Positions 8,039 through 17,353 of a DNA stretch of 64,000 bases are shown here, piece by piece. This stretch comes from an uncultured Bacteroidales bacterium. Lineage in GTDB: Bacteria > Bacteroidota > Bacteroidia > Bacteroidales > UBA1402. The stretch's first letter is position 1. Every line of letters starts with the position of its first letter. Location of the stretch: the NCBI GenBank assembly GCA_964575345.1, contig CAZNQD010000004.1, positions 7,325 to 71,324 on the forward strand, read 5' to 3'. The notes beneath the pieces were generated by a model. It was given only the letters and a program-made list of their open reading frames with translations, was not told the origin of the DNA and searched no databases. A program made the translations under genes and the position numbers.

Positions 8039-10516
8039 ATGATCTATCCTCAGAATTTTGAAATAAAAACAGGCTTTGACCAAATCCGCCTGTTACTGCA
8101 AGAGCAATGCAGCAGTACTTTGGGTAAGGAAAAAGTCCTGGAGATGCAATTTTCTGACAAATACAAAGATATACTCCCTGCCCTGGAACTCAGTGCGGAA
8201 TTTTTAGTTGTATTGCGCAGTGAACAGGCTTTTCCCGAGATTTTGTTTATCGATTTAAGAGAGGTGCTAAAACGCATTCGGATAGAGGGCAGTTATGCCG
8301 ACCAAAAAGAAGTGTTTGATTTAAGGCGCTCGCTGGACAGTTATCATAAGGTACTGCAATTTTTAAGCCGCGAAGATCAAAGCACACCTCTCTATCCCAG
8401 ACTGAAGGAACTTACTGCCGGACAAACGGCTTTTCCACGAATAATTGAACAGATAGACAGCATTCTGAACAAATTCGGCGAAATACAGGATCATGCCTCT
8501 CCGGAGCTGGCACAAATCCGCAAAAGAATCTCCATTACTACGGCGGGCATATCGCGCAAACTGCATATATTAATCAAAAAAGCCCAGGAAGAAGGTATCA
8601 TCGAAAAAGGCAGCAGCCCCGGCGTACGCGACGGCCGCCTGGTGATTCCAGTTCCTCCGGCCCATAAACGCAGGATTAGCGGTATTGTACATGATGAATC
8701 GGCCAGCGGTAAAACTGTATATATAGAACCGGCTGAATTGGTCGAGGCCAACAACCAGATAAGGGAACTTCAGAGCGAAGAAAAAAGAGAGATACTGCAC
8801 ATTTTAACACAATTTGCCGATTATATCAGGCCACTGAACGAAGAATTGCTGGCCGCTTTCGATTATATGGCTCAGATAGACTTTATCCGGGCAAAAGCAC
8901 TTCTGGCCCAAAAAATAAACGCACTCAAGCCTCATCTGTCAGAGAAGAGTGTCGTGAACTGGAAAAGAGCTATACATCCCCTGCTCTTTCTTTCCCTGCA
9001 AAAGCACGGCAAAGAAATCGTGCCCCTCGATATTCAGTTGGACGAACAACAGAGGATACTGGTAATTTCGGGGCCCAACGCCGGAGGAAAATCGGTTTGC
9101 CTTAAAACAACAGGCCTTCTGCAATACATGCTTCAATGCGGCTTATTGATACCTGTGCAGGAAAATTCGGTTTGCGGAATTTTTTCCAGGCTTTTTATCG
9201 ACATTGGCGATGAACAATCCATAGAAAACGACTTAAGCACCTATAGCTCACATCTGAACAACATCAAGTTCTTTCTTAAAAACTCAGACAAAAACACCTT
9301 GTTGCTGATAGATGAATTTGGTAGCGGGACCGAACCCAAAATTGGCGGTGCCATAGCCGAGGCCTGTCTTGATCTTTTCAAGCAAAAGGGGCTGTTTGGC
9401 GTCATCACCACGCATTACGACAATCTCAAGCATTATGCCGGAGACAACGAAGGCGTTGTGAACGGTGCCATGCTCTACGACCGACATCTGATGCAGCCCT
9501 TGTTTAAACTTGAAACAGGCAGGCCGGGGAGTTCTTTTGCCGTCGAAATTGCCCGGACCATAGGCCTGCCCCGCGAAGTAATCGACAAAGCCGCCGAATT
9601 GGTAGGTTCAGACTATATAGACATGGACAAATACCTGCAGGATGTAGTGCGCGACAAACGTTACTGGGAAAAGAAACGACTCGAAATCAAACGACTCGAA
9701 AAAGACCTTGCCCAATTGACCGCCGATTACCAGGAGCAAATGGAGCTCATCAAACAGGAACGCAAACAAATTCTCGGCAAAGCCAAAACTCAGGCCGAAC
9801 AACTGCTTAGCCAGGCCAATGCCGAAATTGAAAGCACCATCAAAAGCATCCGTGAATCCCAGGCCGAAAAGGAACAGACCAAACAACTGAGGGCCAATCT
9901 CGATAAATTCAAACAACACGCATTAAAGGAAGAACAGGAAGCGGGACATTCCCCTAAATCCGGAGCCCCTCAAACTACTGCCCGCAAACAAAAAATACTG
10001 AGTAAACTTCAATCCAGGACACAGGTCAGAGCCGCTGTCGAAACACAAGTCAGTTTTATTCCCGGCGATACAGTCCGTCTGAAAGGCCAAAACGTCACGG
10101 GGAAAGTGCTCGAAGTCAAAGGTAAAAAGATCACTGTTCTATTTGGCAGCATTAAATCCACAGTGAGTCCTGACAAGATAGAAAAAGGCAAGGCTGCCAA
10201 AATACAAGAGCTGCCCGACAAAAGCCTGGGACTGAAAATCAGCGAGGAGGTACATCGCATCGGTGTAAACTTTAAACAGGAAATCGACCTCAGAGGTTTA
10301 CGGGGAGACGAAGCGCTGCAAAAGGTAATGTATTATATTGACGAAGCCATCGTAGTAGGTGTTTCCAGTGTCCGCCTTCTGCACGGAACCGGCACCGGAG
10401 CCCTGAGAATGTTGATACGCAACTACCTGGGCACTGTCCCCGAAGTCAAAAGTTACAGAGATGAACACATTCAGCTGGGAGGTGCCGGCATAACAGTGGT
10501 TGAATTTAAGCAATAA
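8039..10516 (+). CDS. mutS2: Endonuclease MutS2 (with C-terminal Smr domain)
   Basis: ISGPNAGGKS Walker A, DIGDEQSIENDLSTYSSHL, DEFGSGT, Smr IDLRG...LHGTGTG. Confidence 0.95.
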   Translation: MIYPQNFEIKTGFDQIRLLLQEQCSSTLGKEKVLEMQFSDKYKDILPALELSAEFLVVLRSEQAFPEILFIDLREVLKRIRIEGSYADQKEVFDLRRSLDSYHKVLQFLSREDQSTPLYPRLKELTAGQTAFPRIIEQIDSILNKFGEIQDHASPELAQIRKRISITTAGISRKLHILIKKAQEEGIIEKGSSPGVRDGRLVIPVPPAHKRRISGIVHDESASGKTVYIEPAELVEANNQIRELQSEEKREILHILTQFADYIRPLNEELLAAFDYMAQIDFIRAKALLAQKINALKPHLSEKSVVNWKRAIHPLLFLSLQKHGKEIVPLDIQLDEQQRILVISGPNAGGKSVCLKTTGLLQYMLQCGLLIPVQENSVCGIFSRLFIDIGDEQSIENDLSTYSSHLNNIKFFLKNSDKNTLLLIDEFGSGTEPKIGGAIAEACLDLFKQKGLFGVITTHYDNLKHYAGDNEGVVNGAMLYDRHLMQPLFKLETGRPGSSFAVEIARTIGLPREVIDKAAELVGSDYIDMDKYLQDVVRDKRYWEKKRLEIKRLEKDLAQLTADYQEQMELIKQERKQILGKAKTQAEQLLSQANAEIESTIKSIRESQAEKEQTKQLRANLDKFKQHALKEEQEAGHSPKSGAPQTTARKQKILSKLQSRTQVRAAVETQVSFIPGDTVRLKGQNVTGKVLEVKGKKITVLFGSIKSTVSPDKIEKGKAAKIQELPDKSLGLKISEEVHRIGVNFKQEIDLRGLRGDEALQKVMYYIDEAIVVGVSSVRLLHGTGTGALRMLIRNYLGTVPEVKSYRDEHIQLGGAGITVVEFKQ

Positions 10517-10519
10517 GCC

Positions 10520-12448
10520 ATGGGAACCTTCCAAAAAACCGACTGGCTGCCCGTTACCAAAAAAGAGATGGAACTCAGAGGGTGGGAACAAGCCGACGTC
10601 GTCTTGTTTACAGGCGATGCTTATGTGGATCACCCCTCTTTTGGGGCCGCCGTAGCCGGGCGTCTGCTCGAAGCCTGCGGAATGAAGGTTGCCATCGTGC
10701 CTCAACCCGACTGGAGAGGAGATCATCGCGACTTCACCAAAATGGGGAAACCACGTTACTTTTTCGCCATTTCGGCCGGCTGCATGGATTCCATGGTCAA
10801 CCGCTATACCGCCAACAAACGCCTGCGTTCCGACGATGCCTATACTGCCGGCGGACTGCCGGGAGCCCGTCCCGACTATACTACCATCACTTACGCCAAC
10901 ATTCTGAAAAAGCTCTATCCCGAAGTCCCTATAGTGATTGGAGGTATAGAAGCCTCCATGCGCAGGCTAAGCCATTACGATTACTGGTCTGAACGGCTTA
11001 TGCCCGGCATCCTGGTCGACAGCAGGGCAGATTTACTGGTCTACGGCATGGGCGAAAAACCCCTGAAAGAAATTGCTGAATTATTGTTGTCCGGAGCTCC
11101 CTTCGAAGCCCTGCAAGAACTCAGGCAAGTCGCTTTTCTGAGGCCGGCAAGCACCGAAAAAGATAATGAAAGGCCATCCGGAATAAAACTGCATGCGCAC
11201 GAAGCCTGCCTGAACAGCAAACGCAAACAAGCCGAAAATTTTCGCATCATTGAGGAAGAATCCAACAAAATGGAAGCCTCTGTCCTGATACAAGCCGTCG
11301 GTAAAATGGAAATTGTGGTCAACCCGCCCCATCCTCCCCTCAGCAGCGAGGAACTCGATGCCAGCTTTGAGTTACCCTATACCCGCCTGCCTCATCCCAA
11401 ATACAAGGACAAGCCCATTCCGGCTTACGAAATGATCAAGTTTTCGGTCAATCTTCACCGGGGCTGTTTTGGAGGTTGCGCCTTTTGTGCCATAGCTGCC
11501 CATCAGGGCAAATTTGTGGTAAGCCGCAGCAAGGAATCGGTTTTGAAAGAAGTGAGCCTGCTGAGCCAAAGAAGCGATTTCAAAGGCTATCTGAGCGATT
11601 TAGGCGGCCCTTCGGCCAACATGTACCGCATGCAGGGACAAAACCTGGAAATATGCCAAAAATGTAAACGTAATTCCTGCCTTTTCCCGAAAATCTGTTT
11701 CAACCTCAACGTAGACCATCGCCCTTTGCTGGAATTATACCAGGCGGTTGATGCCTTGCCCGGCATAAAAAAAAGCGTTGTAAGCAGCGGTATTCGCTAT
11801 GACCTGCTGCTACATTCTTCGCAACAAGCTTTAAAACCGGACAAAGCCGACCAGACCGCTATGCAAGAGGCTGCAGACAAAGACAGGGCTGCGTGGGAAT
11901 ACACTCGTCAACTGATCGAAAATCACGTGTCGGGGCGGCTTAAAGTAGCACCCGAGCATACCGAAAGCCGGGTGTTAAACTGCATGCGCAAACCCGCTTT
12001 CTCACAATTCGTTCAATTTAAAGAGATTTTTGAGAAAATCGAAAACCGTCGTTTGCACGAACTACAAAAAAACGAAAACCGCGAAAGCAAAGCCAAAGGG
12101 CGTCAGGAACTCATTCCCTACTTTATATCCTCTCATCCGGCCTGCAGCGAAGAAGATATGGCTGAATTAGCCGCCAAAACCAGAACGCTTAATTTTAAAC
12201 TGGAACAAATACAGGATTTCACCCCGACTCCCATGACCCCGGCAACGGAAATGTATTATACCGGCCTGGATCCCTATGCACTCAAAGCTGTTTATACAGC
12301 AAAAAGCAAAGAAGAAAAATTAGCTCAGCGTCAATATTTCTTTTGGTATCGTTCACAAGATAAGGCCCAGGTAATGAATGCACTCAAAAAGCTGAAGCGA
12401 GCCGATCTTATAGAAAAACTTTACGGGAAAAGACCGGGAAAAGTATAA
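10520..12448 (+). CDS. ygiQ: YgiQ family (UPF0313) radical SAM protein
   Basis: GDAYVDHPSFG, RGCFGGCAFC CxxxCxxC, DLGGPSANMY, QDFTPTPMT; 3' end overlaps convergent rfbC by 28 nt. Confidence 0.92.
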   Translation: MGTFQKTDWLPVTKKEMELRGWEQADVVLFTGDAYVDHPSFGAAVAGRLLEACGMKVAIVPQPDWRGDHRDFTKMGKPRYFFAISAGCMDSMVNRYTANKRLRSDDAYTAGGLPGARPDYTTITYANILKKLYPEVPIVIGGIEASMRRLSHYDYWSERLMPGILVDSRADLLVYGMGEKPLKEIAELLLSGAPFEALQELRQVAFLRPASTEKDNERPSGIKLHAHEACLNSKRKQAENFRIIEEESNKMEASVLIQAVGKMEIVVNPPHPPLSSEELDASFELPYTRLPHPKYKDKPIPAYEMIKFSVNLHRGCFGGCAFCAIAAHQGKFVVSRSKESVLKEVSLLSQRSDFKGYLSDLGGPSANMYRMQGQNLEICQKCKRNSCLFPKICFNLNVDHRPLLELYQAVDALPGIKKSVVSSGIRYDLLLHSSQQALKPDKADQTAMQEAADKDRAAWEYTRQLIENHVSGRLKVAPEHTESRVLNCMRKPAFSQFVQFKEIFEKIENRRLHELQKNENRESKAKGRQELIPYFISSHPACSEEDMAELAAKTRTLNFKLEQIQDFTPTPMTPATEMYYTGLDPYALKAVYTAKSKEEKLAQRQYFFWYRSQDKAQVMNALKKLKRADLIEKLYGKRPGKV

Positions 12449-12981
12449 GCCTCTTTCAACAAAGGAGCTTGAGCGTCTTTGGGAGATAAGATGAGTTCAG
12501 CGGCCGGAATGGTCCAGGGTATACCCAGTTCGGGATCGGCGTAAAAAAGACGGCCTTCAGCCTGAGGAGCATAGACATTGTCCACTTTATAGGTAAATAC
12601 CGCTTCGGGGCTCAACACCAGAAAGCCATGCGCAAAGCCCCTGGGAATAAAAAATTGTTTTTTGTTCTCCTCCGAGAGCTCCACGGCTACGTATTGGCCA
12701 AAATGCGGGGAATGCTGCCTCAAATCCACAGCCACATCCAGCACTCTGCCTAAAATAACCCGTACCAGTTTGGCCTGGGAATATTCCCCTTTTTGAAAAT
12801 GCAAACCTCTCAGTACTCCTCGTGTTGATTTGGATTCATTATCCTGTATAAACCGAAGTTTACCAATGTGTTGTTCAAATAGCTCTTGTTTGAAAACTTC
12901 CGAAAAATAGCCCCGGGCATCGTTATAGACTTTGGGTTCGATCACCCACACACCGGGTATGGCTTGTTCTGTAAATTTCAT
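12421..12981 (-). CDS. rfbC: dTDP-4-dehydrorhamnose 3,5-epimerase
   Basis: D.RGYF.E, QDNES.S..GVLRGLHFQ, IPRGFAHGF; start MKFTE overlaps the rfbB stop (ATGA). Confidence 0.95.
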   Translation of the reverse strand: MKFTEQAIPGVWVIEPKVYNDARGYFSEVFKQELFEQHIGKLRFIQDNESKSTRGVLRGLHFQKGEYSQAKLVRVILGRVLDVAVDLRQHSPHFGQYVAVELSEENKKQFFIPRGFAHGFLVLSPEAVFTYKVDNVYAPQAEGRLFYADPELGIPWTIPAAELILSPKDAQAPLLKEAYTFPGLFP

Positions 12982-14090
12982 CGTTTGCTGTACATCCTTT
13001 CGTAATACTGTTGATAATCGCCCGAAGTAACATCGTTCACCCAATCCTGATGCTGAAGATACCATCGTATGGTTTTTTGTATGCCTTCTTCGAACTTGGT
13101 TTCGGGATACCAGCCCAACTCCTTGCCTATTTTGGCGGGATCGATGGCATAGCGCATATCGTGCCCCAGACGGTCGGCCACGTAGGTAATCAAATCGTAA
13201 TTGATGCGGTCGATCCCGGTCTTTAGCACAGAACGGAATTCCGGTTCTTTTTCCATGATTTCACGAATGGAATCGATGGTCATTTTGACGATCCCGATGT
13301 TTTGCTTTTCGTTGTGTCCTCCCACGTTGTAGACCTCGCCGGGACGGCCTTTGCGTATTACCATTTCGATGGCTTTGCAGTGGTCTTCCACATAGAGCCA
13401 GTCGCGAACATTGGTTCCCTGCCCGTAAACCGGCAGGGATTTACCTTCGAGTATGTTCTTTATAATAAGCGGTATAAGCTTTTCGGGAAAATGATAGGGC
13501 CCGTAATTATTGGAGCAACGGGTGATGGTGGCAGGCATCTTATAGGTTTCCACATAGGCCTTGACAAAGAGGTCGGCACTGGTTTTCGAGGCACTGTAGG
13601 GACTGCGTGGGTCCAAGGGGGTTTGCTCTGTGAAATAGCCCTCTGCTCCAAGGCTTCCGTACACTTCGTCGGTAGAAACCTGATGGAAACGGACATTCTC
13701 TTTCCATACCGGATAACCATGTGAGTCTTTACCATTGGTCCAGGCTCTTTTGGCTTCGTCCAGCAAATTTTGTGTCCCCAGAATATTGGTTTCCAAAAAA
13801 AGTTGGGGATTCTCGATACTGCGGTCTACATGGCTCTCTGCAGCAAAATTAACAACCACCTCTATGGGATAGCTCTCGAATAAATTCCGGACCAATGCCT
13901 GATCACAAATATTGCCTTTAACAAAAATGCAACATTTGCCGTCAACGTCTGCGGCAATGGTGCCGTAATTGCCGGCGTAGGTAAGGGCATCCAGCACTAT
14001 CAGCTGAACTTCGGGATAATTGGCCAGCAGATATTTTACATAATTGGCTCCGATAAAGCCCGCACCGCCGGTCACCAGATAAGTTTTCAT
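12978..14090 (-). CDS. rfbB: dTDP-glucose 4,6-dehydratase
   Basis: GGAGFIG, AAESHVDRSI, STDEVYG, YSASK, RDWLYV.DH. Confidence 0.97.
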   Translation of the reverse strand: MKTYLVTGGAGFIGANYVKYLLANYPEVQLIVLDALTYAGNYGTIAADVDGKCCIFVKGNICDQALVRNLFESYPIEVVVNFAAESHVDRSIENPQLFLETNILGTQNLLDEAKRAWTNGKDSHGYPVWKENVRFHQVSTDEVYGSLGAEGYFTEQTPLDPRSPYSASKTSADLFVKAYVETYKMPATITRCSNNYGPYHFPEKLIPLIIKNILEGKSLPVYGQGTNVRDWLYVEDHCKAIEMVIRKGRPGEVYNVGGHNEKQNIGIVKMTIDSIREIMEKEPEFRSVLKTGIDRINYDLITYVADRLGHDMRYAIDPAKIGKELGWYPETKFEEGIQKTIRWYLQHQDWVNDVTSGDYQQYYERMYSKR

Positions 14091-14947
14091 ACTAAAGAAA
14101 GAATGTATTGCCCGTAGGCTGTTTTGTTTAATTTTTCTCCCAGTTTTCGCAATTGTTCGCTGTCAATCCAACGATTACGCCAGGCGATTTCTTCGATGCA
14201 GGACACGTAAAAACCCTGACGGTTTTGGATGGTGGCTACAAAATTGGAGGCTTCAAGCAAGCTGTCGCTGTTACCGGTGTCCAGCCAGGCAAAGCCGCGG
14301 CCAAACAATTCCACCTGCAAACTACCTTCGTCCAGATATACTTTGTTCAGGTCTGTAATTTCATACTCTCCTCTGGCCGAGGGTTTAAGATCAACAGCAA
14401 AACGAGTAACCCGCTCATCGTAAAAATATAAGCCGGGCACGGCGTAATTCGACTTTGGTTGAGCGGGTTTTTCTTCCAGAGACAACACCTTGCCGGTGTC
14501 GTCGAATTCGACCACACCGTAAGGACGGGGATCTTTCACATAATATCCGAAGATACAGGCTCCCTGTTTGAGAGCAACAGCACGTTTTAACATAGTAGAA
14601 AAGCCCTGACCGTAAAACAGGTTGTCACCTAAAATCAAACAGGCCGGTTCTCCATTTAAGAATTCCGCTCCCAGCACAAAAGCCTGAGCCAGGCCATTGG
14701 GCTGCTCCTGTACTTTGTATTGAAACGACATTCCCAGCGATTCTCCGCTGCCTAGTAATTCCCGGAACATAGGCAAGTCTCTTGGAGTTGAAATCACCAA
14801 CACTTCGCGTATGCCGGCCAGCATGAGCGTAGACAGGGGATAATAAATCATGGGCTTGTCGTATACAGGCATGATTTGTTTGGAAATAGCGATTGACAGA
14901 GGAAACAATCGGGTGGCGCTTCCGCCGGCTAGAATAATTCCTTTCAT
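14087..14947 (-). CDS. rfbA: Glucose-1-phosphate thymidylyltransferase
   Basis: MKGIILAGG..TRL, PVYDKPMIYYPLS, LILGDN, EEKP, RGE.EITD, AWLDTG. Confidence 0.97.
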   Translation of the reverse strand: MKGIILAGGSATRLFPLSIAISKQIMPVYDKPMIYYPLSTLMLAGIREVLVISTPRDLPMFRELLGSGESLGMSFQYKVQEQPNGLAQAFVLGAEFLNGEPACLILGDNLFYGQGFSTMLKRAVALKQGACIFGYYVKDPRPYGVVEFDDTGKVLSLEEKPAQPKSNYAVPGLYFYDERVTRFAVDLKPSARGEYEITDLNKVYLDEGSLQVELFGRGFAWLDTGNSDSLLEASNFVATIQNRQGFYVSCIEEIAWRNRWIDSEQLRKLGEKLNKTAYGQYILSLV

Positions 14948-15187
14948 TGCAGGGTTTTTAGGTTTTAGCAAGAAAACACAAAGATAAGCATACACTTAAA
15001 TATTGCAAACTTATGCTCTGGCTTTATTTCTTTTTTGAAGGAATGTTTCGCGCATATTTATTCCAATTTATTTCTTACATTTGTATCAACGCAGCGAGTA
15101 AATTTAATGCTTACATCTTCGGCATTTATATCATTGTTTAAATCCTTATATTTAATTCTTTATTATTCACTCTTTATTTAAATTTTT

Positions 15188-15646
15188 ATGAGCTTTATCG
15201 GAGAATTTAAGAAGTTTGCCCTCAAAGGCAACGTGGTAGACATGGCTGTCGGTATTATTATCGGAGCTGCTTTTGGCAAGATTGTATCCTCAGTGGTGGC
15301 TGATATCATCATGCCCCCCATTGGATTGTTGGTAGGTGGTGTTAATTTTACCGACCTGGCCTGGAAAATCAAACCCGAAACGCTGGACGAACTGGGCAAC
15401 GTAGTCGCCCCTGCGGTAACGTTGAATTACGGTAACTTTCTGCAAGTCACCCTCGATTTCCTGATTGTTGCTTTTGCCGTTTTTCTTCTGGTTAAATTCA
15501 TCAACGAACTGGGCAAAAAAACAGAAGAACTTACCAGGAAAAAACAGGCTGAACAAACAGCAGCTCCTGCAGAACCTGCCAAACCGGTTATATCCAAAGA
15601 AGAAAGTTTATTAACCGAAATCCGCGATTTATTGGCTAAGAAATAA
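15188..15646 (+). CDS. mscL: Large-conductance mechanosensitive channel
   Basis: [41 protein letters not shown]; -7 element TACATTTG at 15076-15083. Confidence 0.97.
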   Translation: MSFIGEFKKFALKGNVVDMAVGIIIGAAFGKIVSSVVADIIMPPIGLLVGGVNFTDLAWKIKPETLDELGNVVAPAVTLNYGNFLQVTLDFLIVAFAVFLLVKFINELGKKTEELTRKKQAEQTAAPAEPAKPVISKEESLLTEIRDLLAKK

Positions 15647-15693
15647 AGGAAGCCAGCCTGAATAAAGTCGAAATTCAAGAAACGGTGAAATCT

Positions 15694-16374
15694 TTATAAA
15701 TCCTTAATTTTAAATGGATTGTACGAGATATTCTTATCAAAGACTTCGACTTGTTCCACTTTTTTCAGATAAACAACGATTCTTGAGGTCAAAGGCAATA
15801 CAAGAATCTCATAAGCCGTCTTCATTCCTGTTTGAGTTAGTATCAGCATCAACAGGTCTGAAGGCGGCAATATGCCTGTAAAAGCTATACTGAAAAACAC
15901 CAAAGAATCCAGCCCCTCACCAGCCAGAGTGGATAACACAGCCCTTAGTGAAAAACGCCGCCCCTGATGACGCAATTTCATTTTACTCATCACGAAAGCA
16001 TTCAAAAAAGAACCGCACAAAAAAGCCACAAAACTGGCCAGAGTCAATCGCAATGTATTACCCAAAACCAGCGAAAAAGCCTCCTGATGATGAAAATTAA
16101 CAGAACCGGGCACATGAATGCTCAGCTGAAAAACGGCCACAGCCAGAAAATTCATCAAGAAACCGCTCCAGATAATTAATCTGGCTTTACGAAATCCCCA
16201 GACTTCGGAGATCAGGTCGTTGACTATATACGAAATGGGAAATATCAACAAGCCGGCAGTAGCTTCTATCGGGCCTAAGGCTATAGTTTTTTGCTCTACA
16301 ATGTTGGCAACGATCAGGCAAACCGTAAAAAGCAGCCCGCAGAGCATGTAGGCTACAGACAATTGTCTTTTCAT
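15694..16374 (-). CDS. yhhQ: Queuosine precursor (preQ0/preQ1) transporter, VUT/YhhQ family
   Basis: Six-TM-like profile, AGLLIFPISYIVND..SEVWG...AR, R...ST..GE..DS; preQ1 riboswitch directly upstream; start set to ATG 16374. Confidence 0.92.
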   Translation of the reverse strand: MKRQLSVAYMLCGLLFTVCLIVANIVEQKTIALGPIEATAGLLIFPISYIVNDLISEVWGFRKARLIIWSGFLMNFLAVAVFQLSIHVPGSVNFHHQEAFSLVLGNTLRLTLASFVAFLCGSFLNAFVMSKMKLRHQGRRFSLRAVLSTLAGEGLDSLVFFSIAFTGILPPSDLLMLILTQTGMKTAYEILVLPLTSRIVVYLKKVEQVEVFDKNISYNPFKIKDL

Positions 16375-16377
16375 AAT

Positions 16378-16408
16378 CTTGTTTTTAACGTGGTTCTCAA
16401 GTACACGG
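16378..16408 (-). ncRNA. preQ1 class I riboswitch
   Basis: CCGUG-UA-CUUG-AGAA-C-CACG-UUAAAAA-CAAG: P1 CGUG/CACG, conserved U at loop start and ligand-pairing C before the 3' P1 strand, A-tract, pseudoknot CUUG/CAAG; lies directly upstream of a yhhQ-family gene. Confidence 0.88.
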
Positions 16409-16412
16409 GCCG

Positions 16413-16420
16413 CAAAGGTA
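16413..16420 (-). promoter_or_regulatory. -7 element (TACCTTTG) driving the riboswitch-yhhQ transcript
   Basis: TAnnTTTG ending 4 nt before the aptamer. Confidence 0.7.
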
Positions 16421-16430
16421 AGAAATAAAT

Positions 16431-17285
16431 TTAAAATTGCTTTTCGGCCAGCAACAATTGTTCCGGACTGCCTATGTCCATCCATTTACAGGAACTCTGA
16501 TCCATGCCCAGTATACTATATTTACGGGCTAAGCGCAAATAAACATCGGTGATGGAAAAAACACCTTCTTCCTCAATTAAAGGAAAAATGGAGGGTGAAA
16601 GACAATGTATGCCCATAAATCCCACAGGATGTAAGGCTTCTTCCTGCCTGGAAATTTTCTGTTCCCCGCTGAGCCTGTTTTCCCAACCACAGAGTAAATT
16701 GTGTTGATTAAGCAGAAAACAACGATCCTTAAAATCATTCCGAACGGCCAGCACCGCCAGAGGATACTGCCCGCCGGTTTGAGCTTTAGGTAGAGTTTGG
16801 GGTTGAACCCGGTATTGAGATTGAGATTGAGTTTTAGGTTGGTGCTGAACCTGAATCGAAGATTGAGCCTGAACAGGAGGCTGAGCCTGAAAAGGAGCTG
16901 ACATCAGGCTCAGCGCTTGTTCAGTAAACAATTTTAGGTTGATATCACTCAAAACATCGACGTTGTGTACCAAAAAAGCTCCGTCTTTTAAGAGAGCTGC
17001 CATTTTTTTCAAGCCCCCTCCGGTCTCGAGTAACAATTCCCTTTCGTCCGAAATATCAAAATTAAGGCCGGGCTTGCTCTTGGCATAAAGCTCCAGAGCC
17101 TTTTCCACCTGGCCGGCAAAAGCGTGCACATTCACCACATATTCCCTGATACCGGCTTCGTACAGTTTATCCATTATCCGGTAAAGCATGGGACGTCCCT
17201 GTATACTGACCAGGGCTTTGGGTTTGTCCAGTGTATGCGGATACAAACGGGTACCTAAACCCGCGGCAAACAAGACTGCTTTCAT
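16431..17285 (-). CDS. Nucleotidyltransferase, MurU-like (MurNAc-alpha-1-phosphate uridylyltransferase candidate)
   Basis: MKAVLFAAGLGTRL.P.T...PKALV, LLETGGGLK, LVHNVDV, W.DIG.PE.L; AmgK-like kinase nearby on the same strand; has a Gln-rich insertion. Confidence 0.75.
   Translation of the reverse strand: MKAVLFAAGLGTRLYPHTLDKPKALVSIQGRPMLYRIMDKLYEAGIREYVVNVHAFAGQVEKALELYAKSKPGLNFDISDERELLLETGGGLKKMAALLKDGAFLVHNVDVLSDINLKLFTEQALSLMSAPFQAQPPVQAQSSIQVQHQPKTQSQSQYRVQPQTLPKAQTGGQYPLAVLAVRNDFKDRCFLLNQHNLLCGWENRLSGEQKISRQEEALHPVGFMGIHCLSPSIFPLIEEEGVFSITDVYLRLARKYSILGMDQSSCKWMDIGSPEQLLLAEKQF
16765..16905 (-). repeat. Degenerate 6-bp-period coding repeat giving an X-Gln-rich insertion
   Basis: + strand ttgaga ttgaga ttgagt ... 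ctgaac ctgaat ... ttgagc ctgaac aggagg ctgagc ctgaaa; protein QAQPPVQAQSSIQVQHQPKTQSQSQYRVQPQT. Confidence 0.7.
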
Positions 17286-17307
17286 TTTCGATGCATTAAA
17301 GGGCAAA

Positions 17308-17341
17308 GATAGGGAAACTTCCTTGCCAAAGTTTCCCTATC
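17308..17341. other. Perfect 13-bp inverted repeat (terminator or operator) overlapping a -7 element
   Basis: GATAGGGAAACTT-N8-AAGTTTCCCTATC; on the minus strand it ends in TATCTTTG (17304-17311), 18 nt before the MurU-like ATG. Confidence 0.75.
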
Positions 17342-17353
17342 CTGACGAAAAGC

